From an uncultured archaeon (GTDB taxonomy: Archaea > Asgardarchaeota > Thorarchaeia > Thorarchaeales > Thorarchaeaceae), in contig CAZSWP010000032.1 in assembly GCA_964610875.1 (NCBI GenBank), forward strand, positions 1 through 45,218: a stretch of DNA of 45,218 bases, given 5' to 3'. The position numbers were made by a program, and so were the translations under genes. The notes beneath the pieces were generated by a model. The model ran no database searches. It saw only the letters and a program-made list of their open reading frames with translations, and had not been told where the DNA came from. Numbering within the stretch: the stretch's first letter is position 1; each line of letters opens with the position of its first letter. This document shows positions 44,629 through 45,218 of the stretch, piece by piece.

Positions 44629-45218
44629 ATGTCCTCATTTAGTAGGTTCAAAAGGTCTGCTGGACGTTTCCTACGGCAGGTCTTCCATAAACCAAAAGCG
44701 AAGATATCACGTGGATCAGTCATGATAATGCTTGCTCTAGTGCTTATCTTCTTTGCAGCACTAGTTATGCGCTTGACTCCCATGATTGATTCACAACCAA
44801 TAGTCAGAGCATTTGACCCGTGGTTCCAGTTGAAGGTCACAGAATTTGTAGCAGAGAATGGATACGGTGCATTCTTCTCTTGGTACGATTACTCAACATG
44901 GGTTCCTTATGGTCGTGATATGACAACTACCAGTTATATTGGTGTTCCATTCACTGCGGCAATGCTATACTGGATTGCAAATGGCCTAGGAATTCAAGTT
45001 TCTATAATTTACATAGCACTCATCATGCCTGCCCTCTTGGGTGCAGCTACTACCATTGTTGGATTCTTTCTTGGGCGCGAGCTTTCAAATACTACTGTTG
45101 GTTTGTTGAATGCAATTTTCTTGGCTTTCATGCCTGCATTTCTACAGAGAACTGTGTCTGGATTCTTTGACAACGAATGTGTTGGTGTTTTAGCTATTAC
45201 CCTGACCCTTTTCTTCTT
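44629..45218 (+). CDS. aglB: Oligosaccharyltransferase catalytic subunit AglB/STT3 (5' part, runs off window)
   Basis: Not in the ORF track. ATG 44629 opens MSSFSRFKR...; motifs RAFDPWF, W.D...W.PYGR, R...GFFDNE; multiple TM helices. Confidence 0.93.
   Translation, partial: MSSFSRFKRSAGRFLRQVFHKPKAKISRGSVMIMLALVLIFFAALVMRLTPMIDSQPIVRAFDPWFQLKVTEFVAENGYGAFFSWYDYSTWVPYGRDMTTTSYIGVPFTAAMLYWIANGLGIQVSIIYIALIMPALLGAATTIVGFFLGRELSNTTVGLLNAIFLAFMPAFLQRTVSGFFDNECVGVLAITLTLFF

Overview
Core-genome window of an archaeon, most likely Asgard (Thorarchaeota-like; inferred from gene content such as PolD, Elf1, a small GTPase and OST subunit homologues). It carries translation/transcription genes (infB, rpl7ae-rps28e-rpl24e, rpoD-rpl18e-rpl13-rps9-rpoN-rps2, elf1), SRP RNA, tRNA-Ser(GCT) and tRNA-Pro(CGG), and archaeal lipid genes (egsA, carS, a modified mevalonate operon). 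It also carries DNA replication/repair genes (RPA, PolD DP2, RadB-like, XPD, Lhr, TopA, SWIM protein), folate and glycine-cleavage genes, and the 5' part of aglB/STT3. Two signals stand out. (1) An unannotated ~185-nt non-coding element occurs twice, 39 kb apart and inverted (1243-1432 + and 40648-40830 -). The cores are ~80% identical by manual alignment, with G-U and compensatory changes and a possible pseudoknot, so this is a candidate new structured RNA, ribozyme or non-autonomous element. (2) Parts of a eukaryote-like multi-subunit oligosaccharyltransferase are dispersed in the window: STT3, a DC2/OSTC homologue, a Wbp1/OST48-like GIFT protein ending in KKxx, and a 40-aa OST4-like miniprotein missed by the ORF track. 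All assignments come from reading motifs by eye; no searches were run.
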